Below are positions 10,945 through 22,419 of a stretch of 64,000 nucleotides of DNA, one piece after another. Source of the stretch: Bdellovibrionales bacterium CG10_big_fil_rev_8_21_14_0_10_45_34 (GTDB lineage Bacteria; Bdellovibrionota; Bdellovibrionia; Bdellovibrionales; 1-14-0-10-45-34); contig PEZS01000001.1 of assembly GCA_002778785.1 (NCBI GenBank), positions 13,894 to 77,893 on the forward strand, in the 5' to 3' direction. Below the pieces are notes generated by a model, which was not told the origin of the DNA, searched no databases, and was given only the letters and a program-made list of their open reading frames with translations. Position numbers and translations under genes: made by a program. Position 1 is the first letter of the stretch; every line of letters begins with the position of its first letter.

Positions 10945-11247
10945 GTGAGCGAAGTCAGAAAATCCTCGATTGGTGCGCGAAAAAAGTTGATATGGGGCAG
11001 GGTAGCTACGATTCTCGCCGTTTCGACTTTAATGATGGCTATAGCTGCCAGCTATTGGGTGAGGCTTGGGTGGCTCCCAGGTGATATTTATATAAAAAAA
11101 TGGGATGTCTCCTTTTACCTGCCGCTCACCTCGTCCGCCTTGGTGGGTTTAGTCATGACGGTCTTCTATCTCATATTAGTGCGAACCGTGTCTCAGTTTG
11201 GGTATTCGAGGTCAAGAGTAAAAGCTGAGTTCGCTAAAAACCGATAA
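10945..11247 (+). CDS. DUF2905-like small membrane protein
   Basis: LGWLPGDIYIK...FYLPLTS motif. Confidence 0.7.
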   Translation: MSEVRKSSIGARKKLIWGRVATILAVSTLMMAIAASYWVRLGWLPGDIYIKKWDVSFYLPLTSSALVGLVMTVFYLILVRTVSQFGYSRSRVKAEFAKNR

Positions 11248-11300
11248 GTCTAGTGAGCGGAAAAAATGAGGCCTCTTCGTGAGGTCAGATTTTTTCACAA

Positions 11301-12554
11301 TTGGAGGTCTATATGTCTCGCGCCTGTACGTTGAACTCCGAGACTAAAGAATGTAAGGCTTTTTTAAGCTTTCTAATATTAACGCTAGCATTTGCTGTTA
11401 GCGGGTGTGGCGTTTTGACTGAGGAGCTCTCAAGTACGAGTACCGATGTTCTAAACCCTGTTTTTGATCCAGATGGCGACGGGGCTGATCCCACTCCGAC
11501 CCCGACTCCTGAAGTTATAGAAAAAACCTATCTTGGCGTAGTTGGCAATACCGCCGATGGTGGATTTACACTCTTTGAGGTTAATACCTCTAATGGCTCA
11601 CTCGAACAGAAAGCTGAGGATACAGCGGTTGGCGCTTATGCCAATTACGTAGTTGCCTCTCCGGATGGGAAAAACGTTTACACTTCCAACATGACCGGAA
11701 GCGTGACTAAGATCGATGTTAATGCCGAGACAGGAGCTACAAGTAAGTCATCAGTAACGGTTGGATCATCTAACAGAACGATGTCGGTACATCCGAGCGG
11801 TAAGTTTGTTTTTGTTGGAGAATCTTTAAACCCCACAAGTAAGATACATGCTTTGTCGCGCGATCTCTCGTCTGGGGATTTGGCGCCGGTTGGAACTATC
11901 AACACCTATGTGCGTCTAAGGGGCCGAATGTCTTTCGGACTTGATGGAGGGGTGCTATTCGCTCCCAATTGGCAATCACCGAGTATTTCTCAGCTTGCCG
12001 TCTCCTTGACTACTGGGGTGCTTACTGGGCTAACTCCCGATGCGGTACCCACAGGTGAATCACGCACGTTAGACACGGTTGTTTCGCCAGATGGCAAACA
12101 CCTCTACACACCAAATGACTGGAATAATCGAATTCGAGGGTTTGATATCGATCCAACCACTGGGGCTTTAGCCGCTATGGTTACACCGTCATTTACTATG
12201 ACGGGACTGGCTGCGATAATTTCAATGGCTATGACTCCTAATGGCAAATGTATATTTGGCGGGGGCTGGGGGAGTGGGAAAGTATTTGCAGCATCGAGAA
12301 ATGCAACAACAGGAGAGCTCACTTACTTAGATGTGACAACCTACGAAACGGCGATATCGCAAACAGAGATCGATTCGTCAGGAAAGTTTATGTATGTTTC
12401 AAGGTATGCATCTACTAACAATCTTTATGGGTTTGCGATTGACCAAGAAGCTTGCACCTACACTCTACTCGATGGGTTTCCGAAAACAATCGCCTACGGT
12501 GCGCTGAACTCATTAATCATTTTTAATGCCAGTTACGAAGAACAAGCTGAGTAA
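11301..12554 (+). CDS. Lactonase-family 7-bladed beta-propeller lipoprotein
   Basis: Lipobox AVSGC; repeated SPDGK/HPSGK/TPNGK/DSSGK blades; PTPTPTP linker. Confidence 0.8.
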   Translation: MEVYMSRACTLNSETKECKAFLSFLILTLAFAVSGCGVLTEELSSTSTDVLNPVFDPDGDGADPTPTPTPEVIEKTYLGVVGNTADGGFTLFEVNTSNGSLEQKAEDTAVGAYANYVVASPDGKNVYTSNMTGSVTKIDVNAETGATSKSSVTVGSSNRTMSVHPSGKFVFVGESLNPTSKIHALSRDLSSGDLAPVGTINTYVRLRGRMSFGLDGGVLFAPNWQSPSISQLAVSLTTGVLTGLTPDAVPTGESRTLDTVVSPDGKHLYTPNDWNNRIRGFDIDPTTGALAAMVTPSFTMTGLAAIISMAMTPNGKCIFGGGWGSGKVFAASRNATTGELTYLDVTTYETAISQTEIDSSGKFMYVSRYASTNNLYGFAIDQEACTYTLLDGFPKTIAYGALNSLIIFNASYEEQAE

Positions 12555-12634
12555 ATTTTATGGCGGCGAAAGCTGCTCAGGATTAACTCATATGTAACAA
12601 CGCCGCCCACTTTCCTATCACTTGAGCTAGGCAC

Positions 12635-13837
12635 TTAAAGCAGCGAGGGAAATTTAATAAGGTCCCGGGCGATATTCTTCTGATGAGCCTCTATCGTGCC
12701 GCCACCTATCTCAAGAAGCTTAGCATCTCTCCAAAGACGCTCAACAACGTACTCGCCTACGTACCCATATCCTCCGAGAACTTGTATTGCGCGGTCGGCA
12801 ATCGCTTTAGAGCCTTTTGAGGCGATCAACTTCACCCCGTCTGAATCGAGCCTGTTTCCGGAATCGGTAAGATCCATCATTCGAGCCGTTTCGTAAACGT
12901 AGGCTTTCATCGCGCGGTACTCGGCGAAACTCTCTGCAATATATGATTGAATTTGCCCAAACTGGTTTAGTCGCTGCCCAAAAGCCATTCGTTCGTTCGC
13001 ATATTTATTCATAATCTCGACACATCGGCGAGCAATCCCAACCCCCATAGCGGCGAGCGTGACTCTTTCAATCTCAAGGTTCTTCATCATGTGGCCGAGC
13101 GAATCACCCTCTTGGCCGATAAGGTGCGAGGAAGGCACTTTGCAGCTTTCAAAAACAAGTTCTGCTGTATTAGAGGCGCGCATTCCTAACTTGTCTTTTA
13201 TCTTTTGTCCTACTGAGAAACCGGGGAAGCCTCTTTCAACTATAAAAGTTGAAAGCAATGGCCTACCATCGATCTCGCCAGTTTTTGCATACACCCAAAC
13301 GAGATCGCAGGGAGTTCGGCTTTCATCAATAGTGCCGTTGGTAATCCACATTTTTCTGCCTTGCAGAATATAGTGATCGCCTTCTTTTTTTGCTGTCGTT
13401 TCCATCGCCAAGACATCAGTTCCAACGGCGGGCTCCGACATTGCCATCGCTCCGACATGCTCTCCGGAGCAAAGCCGAGGTAAGAACTTCTGTTTTTGCT
13501 CCTCTGAGCCATTGAAGCTCAAATTGTTTACAAAAAGCATCGAGTGAGCTAGGTAGGCCAAGCAAAAACCTGGATCCGCTGCCGACAGTTCTTCATGGGC
13601 TATGACAGCTGCGAGTGCGTCCATTCCTGAACCGCCGTGGTTCGGGTCAGCCGTGATCCCCAGAAGTCCAAGTTCTCCAAGTTTTCTAAACAGATCCAAA
13701 TTGAATATTTCTTTAGAGTCGTACTCCTGAGCCTGTGGTTCCACCTCGGCCTGCACAAAACTACGAACGGTTTCTCTGAGCATTTTGTGCTCATCGGTGG
13801 GATTGTAAAGATCCATTTCTTTGTATTGAGTATCCAT
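12635..13837 (-). CDS. Acyl-CoA dehydrogenase (isovaleryl-CoA dehydrogenase-like)
   Basis: AMSEPAVGTD, KMWITNG, RDAKLLEIGGGT. Confidence 0.9.
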   Translation of the reverse strand: MDTQYKEMDLYNPTDEHKMLRETVRSFVQAEVEPQAQEYDSKEIFNLDLFRKLGELGLLGITADPNHGGSGMDALAAVIAHEELSAADPGFCLAYLAHSMLFVNNLSFNGSEEQKQKFLPRLCSGEHVGAMAMSEPAVGTDVLAMETTAKKEGDHYILQGRKMWITNGTIDESRTPCDLVWVYAKTGEIDGRPLLSTFIVERGFPGFSVGQKIKDKLGMRASNTAELVFESCKVPSSHLIGQEGDSLGHMMKNLEIERVTLAAMGVGIARRCVEIMNKYANERMAFGQRLNQFGQIQSYIAESFAEYRAMKAYVYETARMMDLTDSGNRLDSDGVKLIASKGSKAIADRAIQVLGGYGYVGEYVVERLWRDAKLLEIGGGTIEAHQKNIARDLIKFPSLL

Positions 13838-13976
13838 CTAAGCTCCTGGTAGAAAACATTGCTCTGACGCTACAGCTATTTCACTCGCGAACCGCCACTC
13901 AAAACAAACCCTGAATATCTCGATTTATTAAAAATCTAAACCAAAACTGTCCGCGGGTGGCAGCTCGACAGTAATT

Positions 13977-15125
13977 CTAGGAAAGTTCTGCCTTTGCAAT
14001 GGTCTGTAGTTGCATATTACTCGTTCCTTCGTAAATCTGTCCGATCTTTGAATCGCGAAAAAACTTTTCAACGGGGTATTCTTTTGTGAATCCGTTTCCG
14101 CCGAACAAATCCACCGCCATAGAACAAATTTTCTCTGAGGCCTTTGAAGAGAAGTACTTTGCCATAGCGGCTTCTTGCAAAAAGGGTTTACCGGCATCTT
14201 TCAGCCTGGCCGCATTGTAAACAAGAAGTCTCGCTGCTTCTAGCTGAGTGCGCATTTCAGCAAGCTGGAACTGAACGGCTTGAAAGCTTGCTAGGGGGTT
14301 GCCAAACTGTTCTCGAGTTTTTATGTAGCCTTTCGCTGCTTCATAAGCACCTTGAGCTATGCCAATCATCTGCGCGCCTATACCGATTCTTCCTTCGTTA
14401 AGTGTCTCTATTGCTACCTTATAACCCTTGCCGACTTCTCCCAGTATGTTTTCTTGTGGTATTTCGCAGTTTTCAAAAAGTAGTTCGCAAGTTGAGCTAG
14501 CTCTAATTCCGAGTTTATCTTCTTTTTTTCCGATCTTGAAGCCTGCTGACCCTCTCTCTACGATGAAAGCCGTGATGCCTTTATAACCCTGGCTAGGGTC
14601 AACGTTAGCAAAAGCAATAAAAACATCTGCTTCATTGGCATTTGTGATCCAGAGCTTGTGTCCATTAAGCACATAGCCATCGTTTTTTTTGTCAGCCTTA
14701 AGCTTAAGCGCGAAGGCATCTGACCCGCTAACACTTTCACTGAGTGCGTAAGCGCCTATACACTCACTCGCCAGTCTGGGGAGATATTTTTTCTTTTGTT
14801 CAGAATTCGCCCATTTTAAAAACGCATTTGTCACAAGAGTATTCTGTACATCGACCAATACGCTTACAGAGCCGTCGACACGTCCTATTTCTTCAACCGC
14901 GAGGCAGGCGTTGAAGAATGTGCTGCCTGCTCCGCCAAATTCTTCTGGGGTTTCAATGCCCATCAATCCAATCTCAAAGAGCTTTTTTATGAGGCCCTTG
15001 TCCATTTGAGCTTCGTGATCCATTTGAGAGACTAGAGGCCGAATTTCGCCTTCGGCAAACTGCCTCACAGCATCGCGGAAGTCCGCTTCGTCGCTAGATA
15101 GTAGTGATGTAGCTTGTGGATTCAT
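13977..15125 (-). CDS. Short/branched-chain acyl-CoA dehydrogenase
   Basis: ALSESVSGSDAF, KLGIRASSTC, RDSKIGQIYEGTSNMQ. Confidence 0.9.
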   Translation of the reverse strand: MNPQATSLLSSDEADFRDAVRQFAEGEIRPLVSQMDHEAQMDKGLIKKLFEIGLMGIETPEEFGGAGSTFFNACLAVEEIGRVDGSVSVLVDVQNTLVTNAFLKWANSEQKKKYLPRLASECIGAYALSESVSGSDAFALKLKADKKNDGYVLNGHKLWITNANEADVFIAFANVDPSQGYKGITAFIVERGSAGFKIGKKEDKLGIRASSTCELLFENCEIPQENILGEVGKGYKVAIETLNEGRIGIGAQMIGIAQGAYEAAKGYIKTREQFGNPLASFQAVQFQLAEMRTQLEAARLLVYNAARLKDAGKPFLQEAAMAKYFSSKASEKICSMAVDLFGGNGFTKEYPVEKFFRDSKIGQIYEGTSNMQLQTIAKAELS

Positions 15126-15242
15126 GTATGCGCCCCCTGATGACCGTGTTCTTCGCTGATGCAAGGTAAATGCCGATGCTACAGCGAACCTATGAGATGA
15201 TGCTCGACAAGAATGCTTAGAATTAGTTGAAAAATCAAGTGA

Positions 15243-15626
15243 TTAGGGCGTGAGCTCATCAATGAGCTCTATCTGGACTCTTTGCTGACACTCCGTGCAC
15301 AGATCTATCAGCGGAAATTGAGGCGGTGACTCGGCAATCACAAATGGCTTGTCGCAACTAGGACATGTTCCGAGACCACCCCTGACCTTTGCCGCTTGCC
15401 GATAAGAAAAAATGCCAACAATAATTGTAGTAAGCAATCCAAGCGGCACCAGAAGAAAGTGAAGAATTGGAACAAAGGCAAATCCGGCAGTAGCAAGAAG
15501 GATAATTCCCGCTGCTTTAGCACTGCGCTTCAGGCGTTCGCCTTCGTCGTAAGTAAGGATTTCGACCTCACCTCTGGTAAGCTTGTCTTCGTACTTAAGA
15601 TTTACTAATTTGGTCTTGGCATTCAT
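15243..15626 (-). CDS. Hypothetical membrane protein with C-terminal zinc ribbon
   Basis: Two TM segments, CPSC...CTEC. Confidence 0.7.
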   Translation of the reverse strand: MNAKTKLVNLKYEDKLTRGEVEILTYDEGERLKRSAKAAGIILLATAGFAFVPILHFLLVPLGLLTTIIVGIFSYRQAAKVRGGLGTCPSCDKPFVIAESPPQFPLIDLCTECQQRVQIELIDELTP

Positions 15627-15671
15627 ATCGGTAAGCTAGCAAGAAATTTTGCTTAAGCAAACCCTTACCCG

Positions 15672-17135
15672 CTAGGAGATTTTGAGAGGAATGTCCTCTT
15701 TGAAGGCCATTTTCTGCATTCTCTCCAATACTCCGTTTTTCTCAAGGAGCTCCATGCTTTTGTGGCCCACGTAAATTCGTGGAACAAAGTTTCTGTATTG
15801 GCTTAAGATTCTTACAACACTATTCGAAACTTCAACGAGAAGTTTGGGCTCCCCATGCCTCGTCAAAATTTTAACTGGGTCTCTTAGGAGTAAAGGATGC
15901 ATGTTCTTACTCTCTTTAGCTTCCTTTGTGACAGAAGTGTGATCTTTGGTAAACTGAACATCTCGATTTGGTATGTCAAAGATCATCCAAGCATTCGGGT
16001 CAAGTTTCATAAGCTCTGCCGACAACCACTCACTAGCGCGCTGAATTTCTTTTATCACTTGGGCCTTGTGCTCGGTGCTTTGTAAAAGAGTCGGTTCGAC
16101 CGGAGCAATTTTAATTTGTTTGGGTGCAATGCGCATCGCGAGCATTTCGCAAAGTTCACGAATGACGGGATGACTCTTTTCTTGCGCAAGGTATTCATGA
16201 ACCTTTGCCATAAAATAGCTGTCATTAAATGTAAAGTACTTGGACGGCTTTTGAGTAATGTCTTGAGTGAGCTCATCGAACGAAAAAGCCTGTCCCATCT
16301 CTAAAAAATACTCTGCGATTTTAGCTGCTATGAGGTCAAACTTGTATCCGGTGCTGTCTTCTATAATTTGCGAATACCAAAAAAACCGAGAAATCAAAAA
16401 ATATTCCGCAACGTTGAGACCTGATTCGTGTACGCAAAGTATTTTCTGGCCGTTGTAATCAACGGCTACCAAACTTTTTAAAAGCTGATCTAAGTCGTAT
16501 ACTCCGTATTTGACCCCCGTGTGGTGAGCGTCACGCAAAAGATAATCCATACGGTCGGCGTCGATGTCCGAGTGTAGAAGTTGGTTAGCTAACACCAGCG
16601 GAGAGTTGCCGCCGATCGTCTCGGACAAATCTCTAGGATCTATGCCGCCTTCACGCAAGATAGGAGTAATCCCCCCCGGAAAGTCAGTGTTTTGTATGAT
16701 GTGACTTCCGAGGCGCTCGTGGTTTGCCATTGGAAGCTGAAAACCATGGTCTCTCTGACGCTTCCAGTGGTTAATGTAGGCAAGTTCAATCGTGTGAGAG
16801 AATGGAAAGGTGCCAATGTCATGTAACAATGCTGCGAGCCGCATCTTTCGATGAAACTCAGTTTGAGGGTCACGCACTTTAGGATTGAAAAGCTTCTCAT
16901 CGGAGACAGCAAGACCAATAGCCTTGAGGACACGATCCATTACATGGAGCACGCCAAGGGCATGAGAAAACCTTGTATGAGTGGCCCCTGGAAAGAGGTA
17001 AAATGTGAATCCGAGTTGTTTAATCCATCGGAGGCGCTGGTAGTACGCTGTCTCGACGATTTCATCTTCGGTTTTGGTGAGAGAGATTGTTCCATGAATG
17101 TTGTCGGATATCATTTTCTTAAAAATCGCCATCAC
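15672..17135 (-). CDS. HD-domain phosphohydrolase, dNTP triphosphohydrolase (SAMHD1-like) family
   Basis: QRLRWIKQLG, HTRFSHALG, LLHDIG, DADRMDYLLRD. Confidence 0.88.
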   Translation of the reverse strand: MMAIFKKMISDNIHGTISLTKTEDEIVETAYYQRLRWIKQLGFTFYLFPGATHTRFSHALGVLHVMDRVLKAIGLAVSDEKLFNPKVRDPQTEFHRKMRLAALLHDIGTFPFSHTIELAYINHWKRQRDHGFQLPMANHERLGSHIIQNTDFPGGITPILREGGIDPRDLSETIGGNSPLVLANQLLHSDIDADRMDYLLRDAHHTGVKYGVYDLDQLLKSLVAVDYNGQKILCVHESGLNVAEYFLISRFFWYSQIIEDSTGYKFDLIAAKIAEYFLEMGQAFSFDELTQDITQKPSKYFTFNDSYFMAKVHEYLAQEKSHPVIRELCEMLAMRIAPKQIKIAPVEPTLLQSTEHKAQVIKEIQRASEWLSAELMKLDPNAWMIFDIPNRDVQFTKDHTSVTKEAKESKNMHPLLLRDPVKILTRHGEPKLLVEVSNSVVRILSQYRNFVPRIYVGHKSMELLEKNGVLERMQKMAFKEDIPLKIS

Positions 17136-17245
17136 TCTAAGAATAGCGAATTTTTTATGACTTGATGATTTCTTTAAAGTAATCGGGACTGGCCGATGGT
17201 CTAGCCTTGTGAAAACTGATTCATACTAACGAGGTACCTTGAGCC

Positions 17246-18412
17246 TCATTTTTGCGATATGCGAAGCTTTTGACCGGCTGAGAGGGGATCGAGTTCCCCC
17301 GAACGGATTTTCTCTGAGAGAAGAGAAATTTCCGCAGAGTGGGCCGTTAGCCAAACTTCGTAGTTAGCCCGCAGCTCAGCCTCGAACCAACTCACCAACT
17401 GATTTTGGCGTCGCTTCTGAAAGGCGCTCCCTAACAGTTGCCTATCAACGAAGGTCTTTATTGCATCAAAAAACTCATGCCATCCAAAATCAGAAATAGA
17501 GCTTAATGGTATTACGCTTGGAGCGCTTTCGTCGCTTGCGAATAAAATTGAAAATGCCTGAGAGAGCATCTTTGCGGCACTTTGGGATTCTTTAACTTTG
17601 GAGCCATCAGCCTTGTTCACGACAACAAGGTCTGCAAACTCTAGGATTCCTCGCTTGATTCCTTGAAGGTCATCGCCAGCATTCGCGATGGTCAAAACAA
17701 CAAAAACATCCACCATGTCGGCAACGGCATACTCACTTTGGCCGACTCCAACGGACTCAACGATGATTCGGTCAAATCCCGCGGCTTCGCACAATGCTAT
17801 CGAAACTTGAGTGGATCGAGTCACGCCCCCCATGGCGCCTCTTGAGGGCGAGGGGCGAATGAAAGCTTCTTTTGCACGCGAGAGCTCTTGCATTCGAGTC
17901 TTATCGCCCAGAATGCTGCCACCTGAAACCGGACTTGAGGGATCAACAGCTAACACCGCTACCTTATGGCCTTGTGCTATTAGGCTTAGTCCGAATCGTT
18001 CGATAAAGGTGCTTTTTCCAGCGCCAGGGGGGCCGGTAATACCAATTCGTAGAGTTTCAATGTCCGGGTCGACTGCATCTATAGGGTTTTTTGTAGTCAC
18101 TTCAGATGCAAGTGTTCGGGTTATAAGGTTCTTGTCTCGGTTCGTATCGGAGAGATTGATTTTCGACGGAAATGCTCTAATGCGCTCCTTCTTAGTCGTA
18201 GGGTCAGTTCCTTTTTGGGGCTTTCGTGATGAGGTAAATTGCTTAAGCTCATTGAGAAGTTTTTGAACAAAATCTCTGTCGGCCTTGAGAGAGCTTTCTG
18301 CCAAAGAAATTGCGCGCGCTAGATAAGCGGGATTGCCTTTCTTGATATTTTCTGCAAATTCTTTAAGGGCCAATTCTTTCAAGTTCTCTCTCGCAATTTG
18401 GTAGGCCCCCAA
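17246..18412 (-). CDS. meaB: Methylmalonyl-CoA mutase-associated GTPase MeaB/ArgK
   Basis: [14 protein letters not shown]...[21 protein letters not shown]. Confidence 0.94.
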   Translation of the reverse strand: MGAYQIARENLKELALKEFAENIKKGNPAYLARAISLAESSLKADRDFVQKLLNELKQFTSSRKPQKGTDPTTKKERIRAFPSKINLSDTNRDKNLITRTLASEVTTKNPIDAVDPDIETLRIGITGPPGAGKSTFIERFGLSLIAQGHKVAVLAVDPSSPVSGGSILGDKTRMQELSRAKEAFIRPSPSRGAMGGVTRSTQVSIALCEAAGFDRIIVESVGVGQSEYAVADMVDVFVVLTIANAGDDLQGIKRGILEFADLVVVNKADGSKVKESQSAAKMLSQAFSILFASDESAPSVIPLSSISDFGWHEFFDAIKTFVDRQLLGSAFQKRRQNQLVSWFEAELRANYEVWLTAHSAEISLLSEKIRSGELDPLSAGQKLRISQK

Positions 18413-18660
18413 GTTTCGAAGAAAAACTAATCTGGAGACACATAGTTACTACTTTTTCAAAAGCAAACAGCTGCCTATTGAAGCTAGCACCTATAGAATT
18501 TCAGCATTTAGTAAAGCCATCAAGAACTATTGAATTTCTTATTGGACCCGCTAATGGGGAGTCACATGCAAAAAGTTCAATAGTAGCGTGTCAGTTTGAC
18601 TCCAAACTGGGGGGCGAGATATTGGTGCGAGCTCTTGGAGGTTTTGTGAGTTTACTAAAA

Positions 18661-19326
18661 ATGAGGACATTACTAACAATCGGTATGATCGGTGTGCTAT
18701 CGGGCTGCCTTCAACTTAGGGAAGACAAAATAATTGTTAGAGCCAAACTTCCTGTTGACCATGAATATGCCGGTAACGGGCGGCTCTGTATGCGGGTTAT
18801 CAATAACAATGAGTTTAAGTATGAAACCCTTAAACTGTGCCAAGACGAGATTGTAGTCAGTAACTCAAGCTTCTCATTTAATACGACTCTTGAAAGTCAT
18901 ATCCCAAGAGGTGTCGATCTTATCGAGGTAGCATCTGTCGATAAGATAAGGTTTTCTGTCGAAAGAAAGGCCGAGGGTTCCGACAAAGTGGAAGTGTTCA
19001 ACTACCAAGGAATCCTTCAGCGCATCTCTAGGGATAATCAAGGAATCAAGGTAGATCTAGAGTTTGTGGCTGCAAACCGTCATAAAGTCGCACCGCTTGC
19101 GGACATTGAATACGGCTGCAACCTTTATTTTAACCGAAACTATCATTTAGATCACAATCCCGAAGTTGCAGTGCAAACCTGTGTTGCATGGAAGATTTCT
19201 CCAAGCGGAAGCAGTTTGTGCAGGGATCGAGTCGATAACAATAGACCTATCTCGAACGCTGTCGCCTTCAACAAGCAGATGGAATGCCTAGAAGACGTCG
19301 CGTTTGAACAAGGAACTTTAAAGTAG
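18661..19326 (+). CDS. Hypothetical lipoprotein
   Basis: Lipobox VLSGC after a short hydrophobic segment; lies on the opposite strand between the mutase and meaB. Confidence 0.6.
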   Translation: MRTLLTIGMIGVLSGCLQLREDKIIVRAKLPVDHEYAGNGRLCMRVINNNEFKYETLKLCQDEIVVSNSSFSFNTTLESHIPRGVDLIEVASVDKIRFSVERKAEGSDKVEVFNYQGILQRISRDNQGIKVDLEFVAANRHKVAPLADIEYGCNLYFNRNYHLDHNPEVAVQTCVAWKISPSGSSLCRDRVDNNRPISNAVAFNKQMECLEDVAFEQGTLK

Positions 19327-22269
19327 ATTCTTCTCGATCTTGTCAACCAACTCTAGTGCGGCCTTGGTGATCATCGTACCCGGGCGGAAGATAGCTACTG
19401 CGCCGGCCCGAAACAGTGCCTCATCATCATCGGGTGGGATAACTCCGCCAACGACTATAAGAATATCAGCTCGACCTTGTTTAGTGAGCTCCTTCTTAAG
19501 GGATGGAACAAGTGTTAAATGTCCAGCGGCAAGTGAGCTCATACCGACCACATGAACGTCATTCTCGATAGCCTGCTTAGCCGTTTCTTCTGGGGTTTGA
19601 AACAACGGACCCACGTCAACATCAAAACCCATATCAGCAAACGCGGTCGCAATAACCTTTTGCCCACGGTCATGACCGTCCTGGCCAATCTTAGCCACCA
19701 AAATGCGGGGCGGCCTTCCGTGTTGGGTGTGAAAAGTTTTAACTCTCTGTATGACTTTACTGATGTCGCCTTGGTTTTGTTTCATCTCTTTACTGAACAC
19801 TCCTGTAATCATTTGTGTCGGAGCTTTATGCCTTCCAAATACCTTTTCGAGCGCGTAGCTCATTTCGCCCAAAGTGGCTTTAGCCCGAGCGGCCACAACA
19901 CATGCCTCCAATAAGTTTTGATTTGCGATTTTGGCTGCAACAGTCAGCTTATTTAAAGCAGCCTCCACTTCGCTCTCAGAGCGGGAGCTCTTGAGCTGCT
20001 TAAGTCTCTCAACCTGAAGGGTTCGAACTTTAGAATTGTCGACTTTTAATACTTCAACGTGTTCACTCAAAGGTTCTACAAAGCAATTCACGCCAACAAC
20101 ACTTTGCGCACCTGACTCGATCCAGGCCTGTGTACGGGCAGCCGACTCTTCGATGCGCATTTTAGGTATACCTGCCTCGATGGCTTTAGCCATTCCGCCA
20201 AGTTCCTCAACTTCTTTAATGTGGACCATCGCTTTTTCAAATAGTTCTTGAGTGAGTGTCTCCACAAAGTGGCTACCCCCCCAAGGATCAACAGTTTTCG
20301 TCGCGTCGGTGGACGAAGCGATGTATTTTTGTGTGTTCCTTGCAATCTCGGCACTCATTTCAGTAGGGAGCGCAAGAGCTTCGTCAAAAGAATTTGTGTG
20401 TAAGCTTTGCGTGTGACCGTGAACGGCGGCCATCGCCTCAATCGTTGTTCGCGTCACATTGTTGTACACATCTTTAGCCGTCAAACTCCAACCAGAGGTT
20501 TGGCAGTGCGCCCGTAGCGAAGTTGCCTTCTCACTTTTTGGCGAAAATTGCTTGAGCATATGGGCCCAAAGCTTTCTTCCGGCACGCAGTTTCGCAACTT
20601 CTACGAAATAGTTCATGCCGATAGCCCAAAAAAACGACAGTCTCGGCCCCAACTGATCGATCGAAAGACCTTTTTGAATCCCTGCACGCACGTATTCTAG
20701 CCCATCGCAAATCGTGTAGGCCAGTTCAAGATCAGCGGAAGCTCCGGCTTCGTGCATGTGATAGCCTGAAATACTAATCGAGTTGAACTTGGGCATTTCC
20801 TTTGCGGTGTATTCAAAAATATCGGCGACAATTCTCATCGACTCAGCCGGCGGATAAATATAGGTGTTTCGAACCATAAACTCTTTAAGAATATCATTTT
20901 GAATGGTTCCTGTGAGCTTCGAGCGAGGCACACCTTGTTCTTCGGCGGCAACAATATAAAGAGCCATAATCGGAAGTACAGCCCCGTTCATCGTCATAGA
21001 TACGCTCATCTTATCAAGCGGGATCTGATCAAAAAGAATTTTCATATCCGAGATCGAATCTATGGCTACTCCAGCCATTCCTACGTCTCCTGTAACGCGT
21101 GGATGGTCGGAGTCGTATCCGCGATGAGTGGCCAAATCAAAAGCAATCGAAAGACCCATCTGACCCTTCGACAAATTATCGCGGTAAAAACGATTGCTCT
21201 CTTCAGCCGTAGAAAAACCTGCGTACTGCCGAATTGTCCAAGGCCGAGTAAGATACATAGTTGGGTAGGGGCCCCTAGTGAACGGACTGACACCGGGAAG
21301 GTCTTCGCTCTCTTCGACCGAAAAGTCTTTATAGCCCAGCTTAAAATCAATTCCCTCACGGGCAGTCATAAAGACGAAGTCTTGATCCAGTTTGGGCATC
21401 AAAGTATTTCGTAGTGCCTTGATGGATTTTTCTTCCCACTTAAGATCGGTTGGACTCGAGTTACCTTTCGCTTTTCGCAAGCTGAGGTCGTCACAGGTTT
21501 GATCCAGATTTTTAAGAGCCATCTTTGCAAGAGTGTGGGTGGCAGCTTCTATCCAGTAAGCGCCTCGCGCGGCATCTGAAGTTTTGCCGAAGTGGCATTC
21601 TTCAAGCAGAATCCAGTGCGTGAGATCAGCGATGCGAAGGGCATCTTCAAATCTAGCATCGGACTTTTCAAAAATCGGATGAATCACCATGGCATCGCAG
21701 CCGCCAAGAACTGCTGTTGCTGCCCGCTGGGTCGACTGTATCAAAGAGTTCCATCCGCGGAGCCCATCAGTTTGTTTGGAGGTTATCTTTGCAATCAAAC
21801 AAAAATTTGATTTGCCGCCAGCGGCCAAATTCAAAAGTGCTCTGAGGGCTCTGAGCTTTGCGATCTCTAAAAAGGTTAAATCACCAACGCCAATCTCAAT
21901 ACCAACATAGGAGGATTGATCTGCACTCACAAAGTGGGCCAGCCCGTAGGCGATTTGATTCTCTGGGGTGAGATCATCCGGAATAGAAATAGAATTTGCG
22001 GGAATTGTTCGTGTTTCTTTAAACCGCTCGATCGAAGGGGCGCTGTCTGAAGCAAAAGGTATTCTTATCCAGTCGTAGCGCCCCTCAAAGTAGCGAGCCG
22101 GACAAGTCAGCGGAAAAATATCGAAAAACTCGCTGCTGTTTTGTTGAAAGTAGACGCTAGAGAGGCCGATTAGGGGCGCTGGCTGATATTTCAGCAAGTC
22201 ATCGAGTTTCACTCCCTTTGTACCTTCGCGCACCTGCTCGAGCCAAAACTCGAAATTCTTGGATTTCAT
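19318..22269 (-). CDS. mutB: Methylmalonyl-CoA mutase large subunit with fused N-terminal degenerate small-subunit-like domain
   Basis: [27 protein letters not shown]12 motif; N-terminal ~290 aa carries [33 protein letters not shown]. Confidence 0.92.
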   Translation of the reverse strand: MKSKNFEFWLEQVREGTKGVKLDDLLKYQPAPLIGLSSVYFQQNSSEFFDIFPLTCPARYFEGRYDWIRIPFASDSAPSIERFKETRTIPANSISIPDDLTPENQIAYGLAHFVSADQSSYVGIEIGVGDLTFLEIAKLRALRALLNLAAGGKSNFCLIAKITSKQTDGLRGWNSLIQSTQRAATAVLGGCDAMVIHPIFEKSDARFEDALRIADLTHWILLEECHFGKTSDAARGAYWIEAATHTLAKMALKNLDQTCDDLSLRKAKGNSSPTDLKWEEKSIKALRNTLMPKLDQDFVFMTAREGIDFKLGYKDFSVEESEDLPGVSPFTRGPYPTMYLTRPWTIRQYAGFSTAEESNRFYRDNLSKGQMGLSIAFDLATHRGYDSDHPRVTGDVGMAGVAIDSISDMKILFDQIPLDKMSVSMTMNGAVLPIMALYIVAAEEQGVPRSKLTGTIQNDILKEFMVRNTYIYPPAESMRIVADIFEYTAKEMPKFNSISISGYHMHEAGASADLELAYTICDGLEYVRAGIQKGLSIDQLGPRLSFFWAIGMNYFVEVAKLRAGRKLWAHMLKQFSPKSEKATSLRAHCQTSGWSLTAKDVYNNVTRTTIEAMAAVHGHTQSLHTNSFDEALALPTEMSAEIARNTQKYIASSTDATKTVDPWGGSHFVETLTQELFEKAMVHIKEVEELGGMAKAIEAGIPKMRIEESAARTQAWIESGAQSVVGVNCFVEPLSEHVEVLKVDNSKVRTLQVERLKQLKSSRSESEVEAALNKLTVAAKIANQNLLEACVVAARAKATLGEMSYALEKVFGRHKAPTQMITGVFSKEMKQNQGDISKVIQRVKTFHTQHGRPPRILVAKIGQDGHDRGQKVIATAFADMGFDVDVGPLFQTPEETAKQAIENDVHVVGMSSLAAGHLTLVPSLKKELTKQGRADILIVVGGVIPPDDDEALFRAGAVAIFRPGTMITKAALELVDKIEKNLL

Positions 22270-22419
22270 AGGTTGACAGTAGAGGACAAAACCCCGGTTT
22301 TTTCAAGAAGATGCGAGGTTTCGTTTCAAGAAAGACCAGAAATTTGGTAGTCATGGTTAACCAAGGCGTGAAGCCTATTTCTACTACACGATTTTTTTAC
22401 ACGTGAATCTGGAGCGTAA

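Noticed and set aside
15672-17135. HD-domain dNTPase as an anti-phage defence gene
   Set aside because: Sits among housekeeping genes with no defence context; the family is widespread.
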